Under the pieces are notes generated by a model. The model saw nothing but the letters and a program-made list of their open reading frames with translations. It was not told the origin of the DNA and made no database searches. A program made the position numbers and the translations under genes. From Nitrospirales bacterium (GTDB lineage Bacteria > Nitrospirota > Nitrospiria > Nitrospirales > UBA8639): a DNA stretch of 64,000 bases. Positions 1 through 14,137 of this stretch are shown here, piece after piece; position 1 is the stretch's first letter, and each line of letters opens with the position of its first letter. The stretch is from contig CBDBCZ010000016.1 in assembly GCA_965203295.1 (NCBI GenBank), positions 992,001 through 1,056,000 of the forward strand, written 5' to 3'.

Positions 1-1
1 A

Positions 2-1321
2 TCAGCAAGGGGGAAAAAGACCAAGATAGACAGTGTGCTATCCATGGCCAGTGAACCCACACAGATGCCAGTTTCAACTCCGTCCCCATCGTCCAACACA
101 GCTGCCGTAAAATCACCAGACTCTTGTGAGTTACGATCACTTTTTCAAACACTGAGTGAGTGTGGAACTAAACCTGCCGTACTTTCAGTTGTGTTCCCAT
201 ATGCAAACAATTACACTCCAAAATCTTCTCAATCATGTTTCCCACAGCCTTTGCAAACACTGTTTCACCAAAAATATTTCAAAATGGACTACATTGCACT
301 GTTGAGTGCCTGTGAGACATTTGGAATTTCTATCACTGATGAGATGGCACAAGCTGTAGAAAGAGAAACCAGAGCTCAGAGCAACTCCAAACTCTGGTTT
401 ACTTTCAGAGCCGGACGAATAACAGCATCAAGGATGAAGTCAGCATGCTGTACAGATCCTGCCAATCCAGCACAAAGTTTGGTGAAAGTAATTTCATATC
501 CTGAGGCATTCAAGTTCACAACAAAAGCTACTTCTTGGGAATGCAAGCATGAAAAGATAGCACGAGACGCATATACCAAGACAATGACACGAAACCACAA
601 TGACTTTGCAGCGACGGACATTGGTCTGGTTCTTAATCCTCAATGGCCGCACATCGGTGCCTCACCCGATGGGTCTGTAAGCTGCAGTTGTTGTGGAAGA
701 GGCGTTGTTGAGATTAAGTGTCCCTACTGTCATAGATGGGATGAAATAGCAGATGCAGTTGCTCATGACAAGAACTTCTGCTTGAAGCGTGGACCTGATG
801 GAGCATGCTACCTGGATCATTCACATGCATACTATTACCAGGTGCAAACTCAACTGTTCGTGTGTGGTGTAGCATATTGCGACTTCGTTGTTTGTACTTT
901 TGCAGCTGAACACTGCGAGCCGAGTATCCACATTGAGCGTGTTTCAGCGGATGAGAACTTGTGGTCAAGTTGCGTTAGAAAATCATCGTATTTTTTCCGT
1001 TTGTGTGTGCTACCTGAACTCCTTGGACGGTGGTATTCAAGGCCATGTATGAAGGAGCGTTCCGAAACGAGCTCGGTAACTACTACAGATGCTGAGCCTG
1101 GACCCTCAGAAGAGACTGTAAGTGTGTACTGCTACTGTCGACAACCTGAAGAGGACGAAATGATAGCTTGTGACAATCCACACTGTCCCATTGAATGGTT
1201 TCACACGAAGTGTTTGAAGATCAAGGCAGTACCCAAGGGAAAATGGCATTGCCCCGACTGCCGCAAGTTACCAGAATGCAGAAAGGGCGGGGTAAAAAGG
1301 CGAAAAAAAGATGTCCAGTGA
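2..1321 (+). CDS. YqaJ/lambda-exonuclease-like PD-(D/E)XK nuclease with C-terminal PHD finger; 5'-partial; probable accessory ORF of a DNA transposon (ISL2EU/Harbinger- or Kolobok-type)
   Basis: Frame is open from the window edge. Motifs: W..RAGRITAS, HIGASPDG, VVEIKCP, YYYQVQTQL, and PHD YCYCRQPEEDEMIACDNPHCPIEWFHTKCL...WHCPDC. Intronless in an intron-rich context. Confidence 0.88.
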   Translation, partial: SARGKKTKIDSVLSMASEPTQMPVSTPSPSSNTAAVKSPDSCELRSLFQTLSECGTKPAVLSVVFPYANNYTPKSSQSCFPQPLQTLFHQKYFKMDYIALLSACETFGISITDEMAQAVERETRAQSNSKLWFTFRAGRITASRMKSACCTDPANPAQSLVKVISYPEAFKFTTKATSWECKHEKIARDAYTKTMTRNHNDFAATDIGLVLNPQWPHIGASPDGSVSCSCCGRGVVEIKCPYCHRWDEIADAVAHDKNFCLKRGPDGACYLDHSHAYYYQVQTQLFVCGVAYCDFVVCTFAAEHCEPSIHIERVSADENLWSSCVRKSSYFFRLCVLPELLGRWYSRPCMKERSETSSVTTTDAEPGPSEETVSVYCYCRQPEEDEMIACDNPHCPIEWFHTKCLKIKAVPKGKWHCPDCRKLPECRKGGVKRRKKDVQ

Positions 1322-1444
1322 TAATATTATTAGCAATCACTCCCATGGTCAAAAAACTTGTCTATAAAAATGAAACTAAAAGGCAGTCTAATCAATGTAG
1401 CTAGCCTACCAAAGAAATAAGATAGTTCAGAGTTGTCAGAACCC

Positions 1445-1526
1445 TAGTCTCGTGCCCAGACATCCACGCCTTTCCGGCGAAGAGTGCACAGCGATGGGGA
1501 GGAGCGACGGTCTGGGCATGAGACTA
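1445..1526. mobile_element. Short TAG...CTA-terminated MITE (Academ-like family)
   Basis: TIRs tagtctcgtgcccagac / gtctgggcatgagacta; no clear TSD at this copy. Confidence 0.65.
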
Positions 1527-1834
1527 GGAAAGGACCTGAAGCCACTCAGCCCATAATTGAAAGCATGGGGGTTAGGTACCCTCTTGCAGCTGGAAGTTAG
1601 CTGACATTTGCAGCTACAGTGCCATCTACTATGAGGGTGGTTACTTTTCGAATTATTGTGACTACTTGTGGTTTATGGTTTCCTGTTGCTATGAGACAAC
1701 AGCTGGAGTATATAACTGTACAGTAGTCTGCACACTACCTTCCTGTGATGAACTAATTGCTGTCACTTCCTTCAGCTATGCCTACTTATAATGAGAGTTC
1801 TCACACAGATGAAATTGCTATCCCTGTAGACATC

Positions 1835-1910
1835 TAGACTTGTTCCCAGGCTTCTGCACAGCTTTTTGTCGCTTGTAGTTCAGGAAGACTGCGGCCTGGG
1901 AACGAGGCTA
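1835..1910. mobile_element. Short TAG...CTA MITE with 9-bp TSD (AcademH-like)
   Basis: gtagacatc|tagacttgttcccaggc...gcctgggaacgaggcta|gtagacatc. Confidence 0.75.
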
Positions 1911-3321
1911 GTAGACATCTAGCTACATTCCCCCCGTGTCAAAAGGGTGCAGCCAACAGCATGGCTAGACAGCTGTAGCTGAGTGTAGGTCCCTCAAAAA
2001 AAAATTCAAATATTTATACTTTATAAATACAACTACAGGTTTCTACTTTAAACATTCTCTACTAAAACTTATTTGATGACCTGTACAATTGAAATTCTGA
2101 CAGTTATAGCAATAGCACAAACTACACTGCAATGAGCATAACACTGTATGGCAAATACTTGTATGCAGCAACACTACTTGACAAACTCATGACAAAAAGT
2201 GCATGTATACAAAAAAAGTAGCTACTGAGTGGGTGAGGGAAGGTCATAAGGAATGGCGGCATACTCATGTTCCATTTCCTGATCATCAGGGTGAAGTACT
2301 GTTTCATAAGGAGATGCAGACTGCTGTGTTAAAGCGGGTTTCTTTATTGAGCATCCATAAGCTGGATTGGTATCCACTGGTAGAGTGTCCTGATGAGAGA
2401 GCTCAGTTTCATTTGCCGGGCTATAGAGAGTTTAAGGAATGAATAATATTAATACTTGCAGTTGGCAACTGTTACATCAAAGTCACATACCTTAAAGATT
2501 TCAGTTTTCCCTTCTGTGTGACTATCACCACAACAGTGATGACACTGAATGTGAGAACCACACATATACCTGCATACCTGCGATTACTCCACCAACTATG
2601 GCTCCTATGCTTTCAGTCACGCTTTGATCCATTGATACACAGTCTTCCGATAGAAATGAGTGTAGCTGAGTTGGGCAATTTGCATCAACATTAACTCTCG
2701 ACATACTTGGGCCCACAACGAATGATGGAGCACTCTGCACCCATTGAGAGACAAAATCTACCAGCTGAGCTGCTGTGTAAGTAGCACTAGCATATACGAT
2801 TTGAGCTCTGAATACTACATTATTTCCAATGCTTCTGCAGCTGAATTCATTTCTTTGAATATTGTCTGGGGTAAAAGCACACGAGCACCTCATACTCACT
2901 GCATTGACGACAGCGGAAATAATTTCTTTAAATTTTTGATCAGGACTGTTGACCTGAAAGGGGGAAAAATGGACTGATGCTATAGAGATTAGTCAGCTTT
3001 GTGCTGATCCACTCACCACCCAGGTTGCACAGTCACCAACTGTAAGTATCCACAATTGGAAAAGTGCAGTAGTCAGAAATGCTGCATGTATAGGTGAACA
3101 ATTAGTTGAATGCTAGTATCCTCCATCTTGAAAATAGTGGAAGAAACAAACATGCTTCCATCCCCAGTAAGGCAAAGAAATAACGCTAAGGGAAAATGCA
3201 GCTAGAGTTTGCAACACTCTTGTACTTGTTGCATAATGCGATATTAGCTACAAGGTTGAAAACAAGATTTGCAAGCTGTTGAAAACAAGATTTGCAAGTC
3301 AAGTTTGAGGAAAGCATTGTA

Positions 3322-3751
3322 CACTGCAAAAATCAAAGGATGGTTTCAAACCAGCTGGGGTTATCTCAGTTGCAGTCTACAAAACAATGTGTACGTAAAC
3401 AAGTAGATCACTTTACCACCAATTTCAGAAGAAAGGAAAGAGCCATTAGGACAATTAGTAATACATATCTTGTTCCTAGTTTCACCAAAGAAAAAAAAAA
3501 GATTTAGCTTGGCTTCCTGAGTAAGATCACTTTACCACTCTATCTCTCCAATTTCAAAAGAAAGGAAAGATCCATTAGGACAATAATTATTAGTAACACA
3601 TATCTTGTTCCTAGTCTCACCAAACAAATAGCTTGGCTTCCTGAGTAAAGTGATCTTATTGCACTGCACGTAACTGCACATTCTCTGGTACTGGGGCTGC
3701 AACTGAGGTAACCTTAGGTGGGTTTAAACAAACCACTTTATTTTTGCAGTG
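3322..3751. mobile_element. CACTG-terminated MITE, TA TSD (copy 1)
   Basis: ta|cactgcaaaaat...atttttgcagtg|ta. Second copy at 18098-18618. Empty paralogous site near 5417-5448. Confidence 0.85.
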
Positions 3752-6700
3752 TAGATGATGATGCTAAGTGTGTCCTGTTGAGGGCATTGTGAATGGTGCT
3801 TTTCTATATTGATAAGCAGGAGATATATTTATAGCCGACTTCGATAGCTCTAAGTCTCATGCCTACACGTGTATGCATTTAGTGGCCTTTTAGTATGTTT
3901 TACGTTTGAGACCCAAAAAATGTCATGTAGCCATTCCAAAGAGTTGATGGTTACAGCCATCCTGGTTAAATTCACGCAAGCAAACTGGTGCAGAAAGTTG
4001 AAAAGCTGCGGAGTTGGCATCCACTTGTGTGCACGTTGTTGTTGCATCTCCGATCAACTCAAAGCCCAAATTACACGCGTAGGTAGCAGTGTCACCAGCG
4101 GAGTTGCCAATAAATGTCACCATGCCGTTGACAATGTCAACAGGATCAGGACACAGTGCTGCAGAGAAAATTCCATGCAGATAATTCAGTTAACGCACAG
4201 CAAACAAACACACACTGTCATTGGAGCCTATTTTTAATGGTGTGCAAGAAGTGATTAGATTAATAGATGACTTCGGCAGCTGTAAGCCTCAAATATTTTA
4301 TCCAATGTCCTGTATGCATATCATTATATTTGCAGCCCTTTAGTATAGTGAATCTGTTGTACGTATGAGACCAAAAAATTGACATGTAGCTATTCTAAGG
4401 AGTTGATAGTTTTAGTCATTGAGGATACTCACGCCTGCAATCTGGTGGTGCAGGTTGAAATGCTGCAGAGTTGGCATCCACTTGTGTGCAAGCTGTCGTT
4501 GCATCTCCGATCAACTCAAAACCCAAATTACATGCATAGGCAGCAGTGTTTCCAACAGAGTTGCCAGTAAATGTCATCATGCTGTAGAGCAAGATTCATG
4601 TAAATAATTCTGTTAATGCACAGCAAACAAAAACACATTGTCTATGGTGCCTATCTAAAAATAGATTTACAGACGGCTTTCGGCAGCTGTAAGCCTCAAA
4701 TATTTTATCTATTCAACACCACCACATTATTTATAGATGCCCGCCAGTCACAAAGTTTCCCCCCCATTGTACACTGACAAATGCTGTATGCCCACTTTGT
4801 ACTGTTAATATTGTTGTGTCCGTCATTGTGCCAGCAGAGGAGGTAGCCTGGCAAGTATACTCCCCTCTGTGGGATGTCATTACAGGGTTGAATTCCAGTG
4901 TTCTGATGTATATATTAGTCGTTGTCTGACGTGTACTACTGACAGGAACACCATTGGGACCCATCCACTGCACAGCTCCCATCAGCGAGTCCCCCTCTGC
5001 CAGAGAGACAGTGCAAGTGAGAGAGAAGGACTCTCCTGCTGTTGGTGTCTCATACGGTGATACTGTGACTGTGAGAGGATCAACTGAAGGAAGAAATAGC
5101 AATTATCACTCTTCAGCTAAAGACCAAAGAGTGCGGAACCACTAGCCCAGATGTGCGTACACTTATTAGCTAACAACTGTAGCTCTTTTTTGCTGGAGAA
5201 ACAAGTCACCACCGCGTGAATTTTCGCCTCTTACTTAGATAGTCGAACTCATCGAATTCTCATGCACGCTTAGCTATTTCTCCTTTCTCTGAAATTCTCA
5301 CAGCATTAATAAACATGTACTACCAAACCGTGCACACCTAATGAATGCTTGTGCGCGAGGCTTACACTGCGTATGCGTATCTCTAGTAGTAAATGGACAC
5401 ATAAAATTTACAAGTTGAGTTTGAGGAAAGCATTGTAGATTATGCTGCTGTTTAACTGCCTGTTTTTTACTATCACAATTGTAATGAGAGAAGCAGCTAA
5501 TCAGTCAAGTCTGATAGAGTACTGGTGTGAGACCACTTCCCAGAGCTGTATCCTGTACTCGTAAGGCAAGTTATGCCTAGCAAATTCTGACTAAAGTCTT
5601 TCAGAACATAACGTATGGCCAAAGAATCACAACAGTAATATAGCAGTACCTATATACATCGAGATGAATTAAATGATAAATCATTTCTTTACACTTAGAC
5701 AGTCTCAATACTATAAGCAATACGGCCATATGGAGAGACTTACATTATCATGCAATTATAAGGAAGAAAACTTACATGCGATAAGTTTTTTGAAGCTGTG
5801 CCCAATGCATTTATAACTGTGCAGATATAAGTATGTCCAGTGATGTCAGTTGCTGCAGCATCGATGATAAGAACAGTTTCATATGTGGATAGCCTCCTGT
5901 CAGTTATTGTTTGTATCTGTGCGTAGGTGTCATCGGGGAGAGACAGTGGTTGGCTATCCCTCATCCAGGTCACAGCGGTGGCAGGGGAACCAGTAGAAGT
6001 ACAGGTCAGGTTAGATAAGTGACCATAGGTGAATCCCAGGTGTGTGATGTTAGGAGGAGCTGGGAAGGAATAACGTACCCACCCTAATGATTTACTGACT
6101 AATAACGTGCAAATGGATATACCTTATCAAAGTCTTGGTTTTCGTTGTGAGGGTTAATAGTTGTGAATTGTGAGTGAATGCAATATATGTATTATGCTCT
6201 GGGGCATGTAATGCTAAATCGAAATTTAGGTAGCACTCATATGCTCCACATAGCATACATTCAACATATACCGTACTTACTATTGAATCCACTAGGATAT
6301 ATTCCAACATTGATATCTTTCATCTCTCCACTCTAAAGAAGTATGCGACAGGTGTACACCCCCAGATGACTAGCTGTTAGGATATTCTGACTGAGTGTGT
6401 TCTCTACTCCCAGTTCCCCAGGTCGTAGGTGTGTAATTGTAAATACATCACCAGTAGTGACAGTAGTTCTATCTGGTCCAATGAGCATCCCAACATTGTT
6501 CATCATTGAGTCAGAGCGACAGAAGAAACGGAAATAGAATCCAAATCTGGCTGTACCAAGGGAAATGACAATCCCATTGTTTGGTAGCGATCCTGGGACT
6601 TGAAGGTCACCAGTTGAAGCACCTCTGAATACATGTATTCCAGCACCTGCAAGGCAATAAATTGCAACATAACTCTTTGATAGCATGTTCAAATTGGAAG

Positions 6701-7506
6701 AACTAATGCATGTACATTAATAGCATCTTGCTTACCCACAACATCGAAGCTGATTGTTTTACTTCCACTTATCAAACCACTAGTGGCTGTGCAGGTGTGG
6801 TTGCCAATGTCACCAGAGTGAACAGCTGCTCGTGTAACAGATGTTGAATTTTCAGTCTGGAAAGGACAGTTTCTGCAGGTGGATGACCACTGGTAGCTCA
6901 CAGGACCAGTACCCCCCACTGCTGTGCAAGTGACAGTCACTGGACCAGAGGCTGCTCTGTACTGATTGGGGCCCAGCTCAGCACCAGGGGGAGGTATGTA
7001 GGAGACAGTTATACTAACATTTAGTTCTGGTAGGAGATATATATATATATATTGGCTGTTGAAACATTAACCAGTTTGAGCTCATTTATGGTCCATATGA
7101 AAAAGCTAGGGAGTGGTGGGGGGCGAATGAGGCTGCAGATTTCTTACCTACAGTGATGTCCAGACTGGAGTGTGACTCACTACTACCCTGGACATTCTCA
7201 AATCCTGAAGCAGGTATGACAGTAGCAGTGCAGGTATATGTGTCAGAGAGAGTAGCCCGTAGTGAAGGAATATCTAACGTGATTCTGTACACTCCAGCTG
7301 AATCCATAACTAGCATTATAGTGGTGCTTCTCCCTCCTGGTCCACCAAGGCTTCCAGTCACTATCACATCACTGTCTACCACTGCTGGGTCTAGCTGGAT
7401 GGTGCAGGTCAGGGTGAGAGGGTCTCCATTGTGGAGGATCACAGTGGCATTGGGGTCACGGCTCATAGCCAGTGTAGGGGGAGGGACTGTGAGAAAATCA
7501 AAATAT

Positions 7507-7766
<260 letters not shown>

Positions 7767-8030
7767 GTTGCTTACTCTGCAGCCTGTGGTTCAGTAATCA
7801 TTTTACATCAACAATTTCTAAACTCACTGACCACACCAGTCCCGGCTCTATTTCCCTGCTTTGTGTGCACACAATAATTAGAGTATGGAGCCTGGAAACA
7901 ATGATGCCTACAGTAGAGTCTCAGTAGTACATAGACCAATTTCATTTCCTAAGGAATTTGGTTAAGGGGAATTGGAGACAATAAAGTTCGGGGGAACGGT
8001 CTTTACTTATCTCACTAGAAACTTATCACA

Positions 8031-8193
8031 GTGTATGTGTGTTTGAGTGTGTGTGTGTGTGTGTGTGTGTGTGCATGTGTGTGTGTGTGTGTGTGTGGGT
8101 GGGTGGGTGGGTGCTTGCGTGCATGCTTGCGTGCGTGCGTGCATGCGTGCGTGCGTGTGTGTGCATGTGTATGTGCGTGCGTGTGTGTGTACG
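8031..8193 (+). repeat. Compound (TG)n/(TGCG)n microsatellite
   Basis: Seen directly. Confidence 0.97.
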
Positions 8194-9276
8194 CATTTAG
8201 CAGGAAATATACATCTACTCACTTCGTACAGTTACTGTCTCAGTGTCCACGCTTATCCCTCCGTTGGATGTGGCCATGCATTGGTACTGTCCTCCGTGGG
8301 ATGTCCTTACAAGGCCGAGTTCCAGTGTGCTTGTGTAAGTCATAGTGCAGTCATCAGTCATGGTATGTTGGGTGCTACCACTGCTGATAACACCATCAGG
8401 GCCTGTCCACTGCACTGACAATGAGTCTCCCACTGCTACAGTGACAGTACATTCGAGAGAGAAGGATTCTCCTGCAGTTACTGTTTGACTCAGTGAGGAC
8501 ACTGAGACTCCGGGAGGAGGGACTGAGGGATGGAAGGAATAGCAAGGAGATAATGCAATACATTTGGTATCACTGAGCAGACCTATTCTACAATGTTCTT
8601 ATCCGATGGGTGTCAATAAATAGGTTCAGGTGTGATGTAGTAAACTTACAGTATGTTTGTGAATCATTTCCCAGTGCATTAGTAACTGTACAAGTATAGG
8701 AGCATCCGTCAATATCAGATATGGTGAGCACATTCTCATAAGTGGACAGCCTTCTGTTGGTCACAGTCTGTGTCAGTTGGTAGCGGCTTCCATCAATGGT
8801 CAGTGGTTGCCTGTTCCTCGTCCAGGTGACATTGGTAGCAGGAGAACCAGTGGAGACACAGGTCACATTAGGGGACGTGAATCCATTGACTAATGTGATG
8901 TTGGGAGGAGCTGGGGAGGAACACAATACTATAGCTATGAAAATGTCATCCATTTCATGGAGTGCTTTAGAAATGAATGGGAATGTGGTGGTTGAGGTAC
9001 GAGCTGGAGTGAAGATATAGTATTGAGGTGTGAAAATTCATAGAGAGAATGTGATGTGATGGGATGGTGGTGCATGATATTATATAACATTGGCAAGGAA
9101 CATATACTCAACTGCATGTTTGTGTACTTCCATCACATGTGTTTGTATTATAGGTGATTTGGTTCTATAAAGTTGGAAGGGAGTTTAGGTTATAAAGAAA
9201 TACAATTAATTTTTGCGGCAGGTGAGTCAGAATTTAAAATGGTGGCTATTTTGACCACAGATTGCAAGGTGGATAC

Positions 9277-9669
9277 TAGTCTCGGCCCCAGACCCTCCCT
9301 GCACTCATAAAAAAAAGGAAGGAAAGTGCCAGAAGAGGGTCTGGTGCAGTTGATACAGAAGGCCTCCATGGGATGTAGCTTGTATGGCTTACTGTGGGTG
9401 AGATAATTGAGGCGGGAAGTTCCAAAGTTAAGTGAGTGCTAAAAAACTAGTGTAAACAGTGCAGAGCTATATATACAGCTATGCGTGAGAAACGGGAGGC
9501 GTGAATATTCTAAATGTCATTAGTTCCCAATCAACCAATCAGATGATTGGACCCTCTGAAATTCCGCGGATTGCAAATTATTCTGTATCAACTGCACCAG
9601 ACCCTCTTCCGCACTTTCCTTCCGTTTTTTTTTTTTTGAGAGTGCAGGGAGGGTCTGGGGCCAAGATTA
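9277..9669. mobile_element. TAG-terminated MITE with 9-bp TSD (AcademH-like), long TIRs with internal hairpins
   Basis: ggtggatac|tagtctcggccccagaccctccctgcactc...gagtgcagggagggtctggggccaagatta|ggtggatac. Confidence 0.85.
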
Positions 9670-11269
9670 GGTGGATACATGTATACATGTCCATTGTAAT
9701 TATGAACACCAGAAAAAGCAGCTTGTCGAGGCTACATTCAGATGCTTTCCATGAATATCTCAAGGGCAGTGTGAAAAATAAAATACCTGATTAGGTTGAC
9801 ATACTTCAAAGCTTAAATATTCATCTAAAAAGTAAAAGGATCATTCTTGTTAAGAAAAACAATGGGTGAGTGCTGGGCCTATCAAACATTTAAGGGCAAG
9901 AAGGATGTTCACTGAAAATGGTGGTCGAACTCCCAACGGTTCTTCTCTTTTATGCAAAAACGTATTTATCAACCAGGTAAACATACGGCAAGGCTGAAAA
10001 TTCTTTTAAGCCCAATCTAATATTCACACGTGTGGGCAGGTGTGTGTAGGAATATGTAATACTTTTTAAAATAATTATACTTGTACTCTCTATGTGAAAA
10101 GCACTGTAGCCTTCTGCTTAGCTAACTAGCAGTATCTATGGGACCCAAAACAAAGCGCTATGGACTTGGTCACCATTGCTACTCAACCTCTGGCCTTCTG
10201 TCACATACAACAGTCCTTCCACTCACAGTGAGTGATAATTGAAGGTCCAGGTTCAAACCATGACATATAGTATTATATACATGTATAATTCTAACAGTTA
10301 GTGTACTGCATTACTTACTACTAAATCCACTGGGATATATTCCAACATTGATATCTGTCATCTCTCCATTCTGAAGAGGAATGCGACAGGTGTACACCCC
10401 CTGATCACTAGCGGTTAGGTTACTTTGCTTCATGGATATGCCCTCTACACGAAGCTCTCCAACTTGTGGGTTAGTGATCTCAAAGACACCACCAGTGGTG
10501 ACATTAGTTCCATCCAGTCCAATGAGTGTCCCAACATTCTCCTTCATAGAATCAGAGCGACAGGCAAAGCGAAAACGATACTGTGGATCAGTGTTATTGG
10601 CAATGATAATCCCATTGTTAGAGAGCGATCCCCGATCACCAGTTGAATTTCCCCTGAAAACATGTATTCCAGCACCTGTAGATGTATACAGATGACTGCT
10701 ACTAGACATTACGTACATGCATGCAACAATGGCATAGCATGCAAGTATACATAGCTAAGCTGCTGTGTTTTGTATGAAGTGGACATAAAAAGCTAGTCCT
10801 TCACCAACTGCCATAAGCACCAACAACATACATGATATATATATATATATATATAACTTACCCACAATTTTGAAGTTGACACTTGCACTTGTATTTACAG
10901 CTACTGATCCATTTGACTTCATAGTGACTGTGCATGTGTGGATGCCATTATCACCAGAGTGTACGGCTGCTCGGGTAATGTTTGGTGAGCTAATATTATC
11001 GAACGTGCAGTTCCTACATGTGGATGACCACCGGTAGGTCACATTACTAGCTCCTCCTGAATTGCAAGTGACTATCACTGGACAAGAGGCTGCCCTGTAC
11101 TCATCAGTGTCCAGATTAGAACCAGGAGGAGGAGTGTAGTCCACAGTTATGCTGACATTCAGAGCTAACAGAGATAGCAGTGTAAATGGTCATAGCCTTT
11201 CACTAATGGAGCTTAAAACAATATTATTTTCTGATAAAAACAACAGCAACGGCAGCTTGAAATATTTTA

Positions 11270-11333
<64 letters not shown>

Positions 11334-12419
11334 AAAACATCTGGGAACTTTTCAACAGAAAAATGCACCCAAGGCTCATGCAGCTTGGCGACAGGTCAGG
11401 CCGAGATGTAGCTATCTGCAGCTATATAATGCACACAAGCAGATAAGTAACCAAACAGTACAGTGAATTACGTGCCAACTGTTGCATAGCATTTCTGGCT
11501 CAAAGAATGATCATTGTCCCAACAACACTTGAGAGTGAGATTTGGATACGTAACATTAACCTTGAACTCCTTCAAATGTATGCTAATGGCATTTTAAACT
11601 CCACTTTTAAATTTTATATGCAGTGTCTTTTTAGCTACAACAATGTCACTTATGGTAGCTATAGGAATGGACTACTGCGTAATTACATGCAAAAATAACC
11701 ACTAGCCGTACCTTGTTCAGCAACGGTGAATTCTTCAAGTAACATGGATACAGTCAAAACTACCCACACGTACGCGTGCATCCAATTCATGATCGCCTCA
11801 GTCGCCGTACTGCAATAATCTCCATGCTGGGCTGCACAATAATCCGAGTGTTCTGTTCTATAACACTTACCCCTGCAGGTGTACCAGGCCGAGTGAACCT
11901 TTAATTGGGAATCTCACGCTGTTGATTGGTCCGGGTGATGCAAATCTCTTGCATAAGACAGCTATTGGTTCTTGCTGTCACCGTCAGGAAAATGCCTGGA
12001 ACACACTGAAGTCGTATATAGAACCACCCCCATGTCATGCTAGAGGTACACGAACTTGTTATGACAAGCAGTCACAATGAAACCATTCCCATGTGTAGAT
12101 AATCATCTAAACAAACAATAAAATCACATGGATAGTTCCAATATACATATTACCAAACATGGAGCTGTCACTGTTATTAATAATGACTGAAAATTCTAAA
12201 ATGTATACATGTACAATACATAATAATCACTGCATGTAGCTACATTTGGGAACAATGATAGTCACTTGCAAGTGGGAACAGGTGTGGGTACCCAGTCTCA
12301 TCTCCAGGCCTTCCCTTCACACACTAATTGAATGGAGGGAAGGCCTGGGGATGAGTCTCCCATAACAAATATTGAACGAAGCCATGTGACTTCTTAGAGG
12401 AGTAAAACACAAACACCTG

Positions 12420-12924
12420 GGCTGCATACCATTGGTGGACTGATTGTGATAGGCTGGACTCGACTGGACTCAAAATGTCTGCAACTAGCTACATGTACAC
12501 AGCAGTTGCTTGCTGGCTTATTTAACTGTGTGTAACTTGCCGTACATGCATGGAACTACGCTTTGCGTGTCTGCGCTGCTAAGGACAGGTCAAAGGTCAC
12601 GGCATGTATATCTTCATAGCAGGATTCGTCAATGAGTATGGAGCAGACTGCAGCTACTAAAGTTGCTGTGTACGTACTTATATAACTTGATATCTTGCTA
12701 CAGGCATGCTCCATACTTACCGAGGAGTCCTGCTTCGGAGTCTTATTGCATAAGCATGTGACCTTTGACCTGTCCCTAACCGTACAGACACACATTGTAG
12801 GGTAAGTTGCAAAACTATAAGTTAACACCCCCTTTCTAGAAGTTGTAGTGTAGTTCTGGACACTTTGAGTCCATTCCAGTCCGTTCCATTCCAGTCCAGT
12901 CCAGTTCACCGATTGTATAAAGCC
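12420..12924. mobile_element. MITE with GGC...GCC TIRs, subterminal (TGGAC)n repeats and 9-bp TSD (Mutator/Merlin-like)
   Basis: aaacacctg|ggctgcataccattggtggactg...cagttcaccgattgtataaagcc|aaacacctg. Confidence 0.8.
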
Positions 12925-13522
12925 AAACACCTGTGGAAATATGAGACAGAGTTAAAAATAAGGCTTTGGGTTTGGCTGGCCAAAAGGAAATTTTGATTGG
13001 CCATCTGTACAATTTGATACAAAATTAATATGATCAAATTTGGGTGGCATTGTAGAAAAGTGCACGGAAATGGCCAGTGGCCAGCTGTTATTCTGAGCTC
13101 TGTGAGACAGTGCAGGGTTAAGACAACTTTTTTTTTAAATAGCCCAACAACATAAAGATAATTAATATTGCATTTCAAATAGCAATAATTACATAACCTT
13201 GAAAATAATTTTAAAAAACTCAGTAACAGTTTTATACCAACATGGCCAAGGTTTCATTCACTGCTAGCTCCCATATCCTACATGTACATATAATATAATA
13301 GCTATCTGGGATCCTTGTCATATAGCAGTCGCTGCAGTGTCATGTATGCGTATCACGTAGTTACAGTTGCTTACTTCATATTCCAGCAATTTACTATTTG
13401 AATCCAGATGTACGTAGGACCTGGTGATGTCTATTAGTGATGGCTACACCCCACAATGTTACTATATATCCATGCTAGAAAAATGTCTTAGCTAGTTATT
13501 TTGTTCTAAACCTCAGATAATC

Positions 13523-13740
13523 CACAGCAAAAAAAGTGGAATTTTCTAAAATGCGTTACAAGGAAATTTGACAGGAAATCTGGCATTTCAGGTGCATGCA
13601 GGGTAGTATAGTATAGGGCAGAATTTCATCATTTTAAAGGAAATTCTGCCCTATCCTATACTACACTGTACCAGAAATGCCAGGCTTCCTGTCAAATTTC
13701 ATTGTGACGCATTTCAGGAAATTCCACTTTTTTTCCAGTG
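13523..13740. mobile_element. Foldback MITE with CAC(A/T)G termini
   Basis: Almost fully palindromic: cacagcaaaaaaagtggaattt...aaattccactttttttccagtg. Confidence 0.75.
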
Positions 13741-14137
13741 TATCTATTATATAGCTACGTATCACAGTGGTTTTCTTATAAACCTTTACCATTATGATGT
13801 AATGAGCCTGGGGGTAAAAGGAGGCACTAAATGAAGAACGTGCGTGTTTTTGTGGTTTTATGTAAGTTTTAAAGATGAAACATGTATGCCTCCGATCCAT
13901 GTAAATTTTCTATTTACTGCTTACTTTTACATCATAATTAATTGAAGATAATTATGTACCTCATGATAGCTACTGCATGACTTTATTGTGCAATGTAAAA
14001 ACAATGTACACACAATGCAGAATGATTGTAGCATTAGCTGATTGTCACAGTTACTATTATTATTTACGGCGTAACAACTATGTAGTGCAGTAGTTAACAC
14101 AAAGTGGCTATGTCCTTCTAAAATTGAATCTCAGAGT

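Noticed and set aside
13523..13740. Long palindromes here and at 18708-18931 as members of the GA-hairpin class
   Set aside because: No GAA apex or CGAG/CGAG mismatches; they have CACTG-type TIR ends like ordinary foldback MITEs.
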